64,000 bases of DNA, from positions 294,748,001 to 294,812,000 of the forward strand of contig OZ024740.1 in assembly GCA_964016885.1 (NCBI GenBank), written 5' to 3'. The notes beneath the pieces are model-generated. The model searched no databases, was not told the DNA's origin, and saw only the letters and a program-made list of their open reading frames with translations. Source of the stretch: Eledone cirrhosa. Its lineage: Eukaryota. This document shows, one piece after another, positions 60,681 to 64,000 of this stretch (positions are counted from its first letter, which is position 1; each line of letters begins with the position of its first letter). A program made the translations under genes and the position numbers.

Positions 60681-61161
60681 AGAACCCCACCCCCACCATT
60701 TTCGTTTCTCTCTCTCTATCTGTGAAAGATATCGGCTGAGTGCCGACCTAGAGAAGGATGTTCTTTGTGAGGTATAAATACCCAAGACACGTCGTGTTTC
60801 ACGATGATGCCCCAACAATTCCTTCAACAGTCAGAGATCCATGCACCATTGGAGAGTCAGAAGAAGAAAGCTAATAACTATGGCTTTTGAAGGTCTTTCT
60901 CTCAGATGAGTAATGTTGAATAAAGTTGAATCATCTCTAAGTTGATGGAGGAAGGAAGCGTGTGGGCAGGGGTAAGAAATTCGAGAGAGTTACGGCTCTG
61001 AGGAAGAAGATTTGTAGGAATTGCCTATGCAGTATCTTTGTTGTAATACATAGCAGAGGTTATAGAAGGAAGAAATACAAGTGTTTTTGGTGAGATTTGA
61101 TGAAAAAGGATATATAACTAGCAGCTAGTTAGTGTAGAGAAGAGTCTGGTGTAGTAGCGAT

Positions 61162-61222
<61 letters not shown>

Positions 61223-61427
61223 AGAGAGAGAGAGAGAGAGAGAGAAGGAAATAGATAGAGAGAGAGAAAGAAATATCTTCTCTGATGCAGTATGTTGATG
61301 AGTGAGTCATTGTCAATTAGTTCAATGACCTACTTTTTAAAATATAATTTTATGTGTGAAGTAATAGAGTGTTTCTTTGATATGTAAAGTAATTGTGTTG
61401 CTGTTAAACTCCAAAACGTCAATAAAA

Positions 61428-61488
61428 GGCTGATGAATTAGTTCTTGTTTCAGAAATATGAGAGGCATCCAATGAAACACGTGTACCC
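61428..61488 (+). ncRNA. Hammerhead motif, intact core but weak stems
   Basis: gg-CTGATGA-attag..ccaat-GAAAC-acgt-GTA-cc, with palindromic acacgtgt. Confidence 0.5.
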
Positions 61489-61717
61489 GAAATGACAGCA
61501 TTGTTAGTGTAATAATTATCTCAATACCACAATATCACAAATCTTCCAATGTTTTGAATATCCTTTAACTAATTGCACACACACACATGTTATTAAGACT
61601 AATGATAACCGTGATAAACAGGCGAAACTCTAGAGTAACAAGACTCACTATTTAGCCTTAATAAAATGAATATTAAAACTCTACCTCGGTATTGAGTACT
61701 CTTTTCTCTCAGCCGTT

Positions 61718-61825
<108 letters not shown>

Positions 61826-62549
61826 GAAAACAGGGAGAAAGAGACGATTATGAGGAAGAAACATTTTTTTTTTCCTTTTTTTGTCTCTCGCTCTCTTTTT
61901 TCTGGGTTAGAAAATGATTAAAACGAAATGTTTTACTTTGTGTGAAGTGTTAAGGTATTAGTTGATTTATTTATTATTTAACAATGGCATTTATATTGCT
62001 TTCCCCTGCATATTAACTCTCTAAAAAGGGAAATCATATCAAACCACAGTGCACCATTTGCCTCCTTCACGGAACCATGATTCAACTAAGCCCTCTTGCG
62101 ATATTAACACATTTTGAACTGCTTAACTTCAATGACTGTGCTTCTAAATAACATTACTTTTTCTTCCACATTGACTTTTTACGTTCCATATTATGCACGT
62201 TTTTTTCCTTTTTCTTTTTTCTTTTCACTTCTTAAACCTTGTTTGTATATAACATTATTCTTTCTGCACCTTCTGTTTAACATGTGCGACACCACACTAA
62301 TACATTTCACTATCATTTGATAATGCATATAAATGCTGAAACCGGTAATAGACAATAATTAAATATATAAATAGATAAATAAATGCCATTGTTAAATAAT
62401 AAATAAATCAACTAAGACCTTAACACTTCACACAAAGTAAAACATTTCGTTTTAATCATTTTCTAACCCAGAAAAGAGAGAAAGAGAGACAAAAAAAACG
62501 AAAAAAAAATATTTTTCTTCCGCATAATCGTCTCTTTCTCCCTGTTTTC
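61826..62549. mobile_element. Foldback element with ~170-bp inverted arms between (TA)n tracts
   Basis: 61826-61994 is the near-perfect reverse complement of 62379-62549. The spacer ends in a degenerate hammerhead (62310-62351). Confidence 0.8.
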
Positions 62550-62620
62550 ATATATATATATATATATATATATATCCTAACTCGTGTGCCTCCTCTCCAC
62601 ATTTTATTATTATTATTATT

Positions 62621-62662
<42 letters not shown>

Positions 62663-62664
<2 letters not shown>

Positions 62665-62988
62665 GCTTCGGGAAACCTCAGGAACCAAAATGCAGAAAGC
62701 ATCCAGAGTGATCCGCCGATCTTTACGCATGTTTTCCTCGGAAGGAGACCTTACTTTTGGGATTGCCCTCTATATAATAACTGCGCGAAATTCGCACTTG
62801 GCGGTAGCGTTCAACAGGAGCTCCATTGTCAACGGCTGCCAAGCCAAGATTGAGCATCCCAGCGAAGCGCGCGCATGCTTGTTTGGGAGTGAAGGAAGCA
62901 CCAATCACAACAGTGTTGCCAACAGCCGTACGAACAGTTTCTCTGCGTCCCCATCGCTTTGGAGACCTTACTTTTGGGATTACCCTCG
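62663..62988 (-). mobile_element. Rearranged mariner fragment with two same-orientation TIRs
   Basis: ggagaccttacttttgggatt(a/g)ccctc at 62744-62770 and 62961-62987; MELLLNATAKCEFRAVI and MRKDRRITLD..PEVSRST. Confidence 0.75.
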
Positions 62989-63029
62989 TATATATATATG
63001 AGTCAACTTTAATTATGTACTTATCTTAC

Positions 63030-63370
63030 TTATCTAAGTACATTTAGTCCTTCAAAGACCAAATGTATATAGATAAGAGTGTGTCATGTCTAACGTGTTT
63101 CTGAAAGCTATGTATATGTTGGTACTATCCTGTTTTAAAGGAACTTTTAGCAAAACTATGATAAAATTTAGGATTTATTCACATTTCGTTTAAAAAGTAC
63201 GTTCGGTCTTTGATTTTCGGTCAAATTTGTGTTAGCAGCTTTTAAATGTGAAAATGACAGTCTTATTCTGGCTTGACATCGGTTTGAATAAACGCTCAGA
63301 ATTCTTGTCTGCACTCTGCAAGATTCTTGTTTTGTAATTATATTTTTTTCAAATGGATAAATACTCATAA
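63030..63370 (+). pseudogene. LRR-coding remnant
   Basis: KGTFSK, VFDFRSNL and MTVLFWLDIGLNKRSEFLSALCKIL (63254-63328) fit LxxLxxLDLxxNxL. Confidence 0.4.
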
Positions 63371-63402
63371 TCTTGTGACATAATAATAATTTTTTGAGAA
63401 TG

Positions 63403-63590
63403 ATTTAGGCACAAGGCCAACAATTTGTAGAGAGGGGAAAGTCGATTACTGATGATTTATTTATCGACCCCGTATGGATGAAAGGCAAAGCTAAATTTGA
63501 CAGGATTTGAACTCAAAACGTAAAGGACCGAACTCTAAGCCATAAAGCATATTGTCTGACGCTCTACCGATAATGCCAATCCACCACCCT
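63403..63590 (-). mobile_element. Meta-domain tRNA-SINE
   Basis: Tail, Meta-like domain and box B as in the other copies. Confidence 0.75.
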
Positions 63591-63607
63591 AATGCCGTGT
63601 ACTATAA

Positions 63608-64000
63608 TGTTTTCTTTATTAACCACAAGGGTTTACATAAAGTAGACATTAAGGACAGTACAGGACAATACAGGACAGTACAAATGGGCATTTCTGCGTG
63701 TAAAAAAAACAGAGGATGAAATAAAATAACAAAGAAAAATTCCCCAATAGGGGGGAGACTTCCGAGGGACATTTGTGGAGAAAGCCCATTAAAAGACCAC
63801 AGTGACCCTGACCACCAGGGCAAGTGCCCTCTCCCAGTTTTCCACCCTTAATTTACAGACACATACTCAGAGAAGGCCCATTCATTCGGGCCATACTTGC
63901 TTCTCTCACCCATCTTTCAACAAAATGCTGGGAGAGAGCACTTCCCTCTCTACCCTGATTTTCCTTTTCAAATGAAATTTGAAAAAGTTAATCAGGGCAT
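63608..64000 (-). mobile_element. Tx1/L1-like LINE 3' end (continues beyond the window)
   Basis: ALINFFKFHLKRKIRVEREVLSPS/FVERWVREASMARMNGPSLSMCL*; the UTR ends cccttgtggttaataaagaaaa. Confidence 0.75.

Overview
This is AT-rich, repeat-saturated animal genomic DNA. The SINE families and (TACA)n/(CA)n/(TA)n microsatellites suggest a coleoid cephalopod, probably an octopus; that assignment is inference. I see no intact protein-coding gene. Most of the window is decayed mobile DNA: CRE, R4/Dong-like, CR1/L2, Tx1/L1-like, RTE, Vingi and Penelope-like retroelements; about 18 Meta-domain tRNA-SINEs plus CORE/V-type SINEs; three mariner remnants; hAT/Harbinger-like MITEs; and Helitrons. There are three satellites, with 10-bp, 24-26-bp and 31-bp units; the last is about 8 kb long and contains a 1734-bp higher-order duplication. 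Between the insertions, the + strand repeatedly translates, through stops and frameshifts, into CUB-like (2.8-5.7 kb) and LRR-like (17-63 kb) peptides, suggesting a decayed receptor-gene array. The most interesting signals are: (1) a retroelement community inserted in (TATG)n, comprising an RTE with three C-terminal C2H2 fingers, structured bipartite non-autonomous derivatives and R4-like elements; (2) eight hammerhead-ribozyme motifs, one apparently intact; (3) a satellite grown from a MITE subterminal motif; and (4) locally templated insertions. All calls were made by eye without database searches, and many boundaries are approximate.
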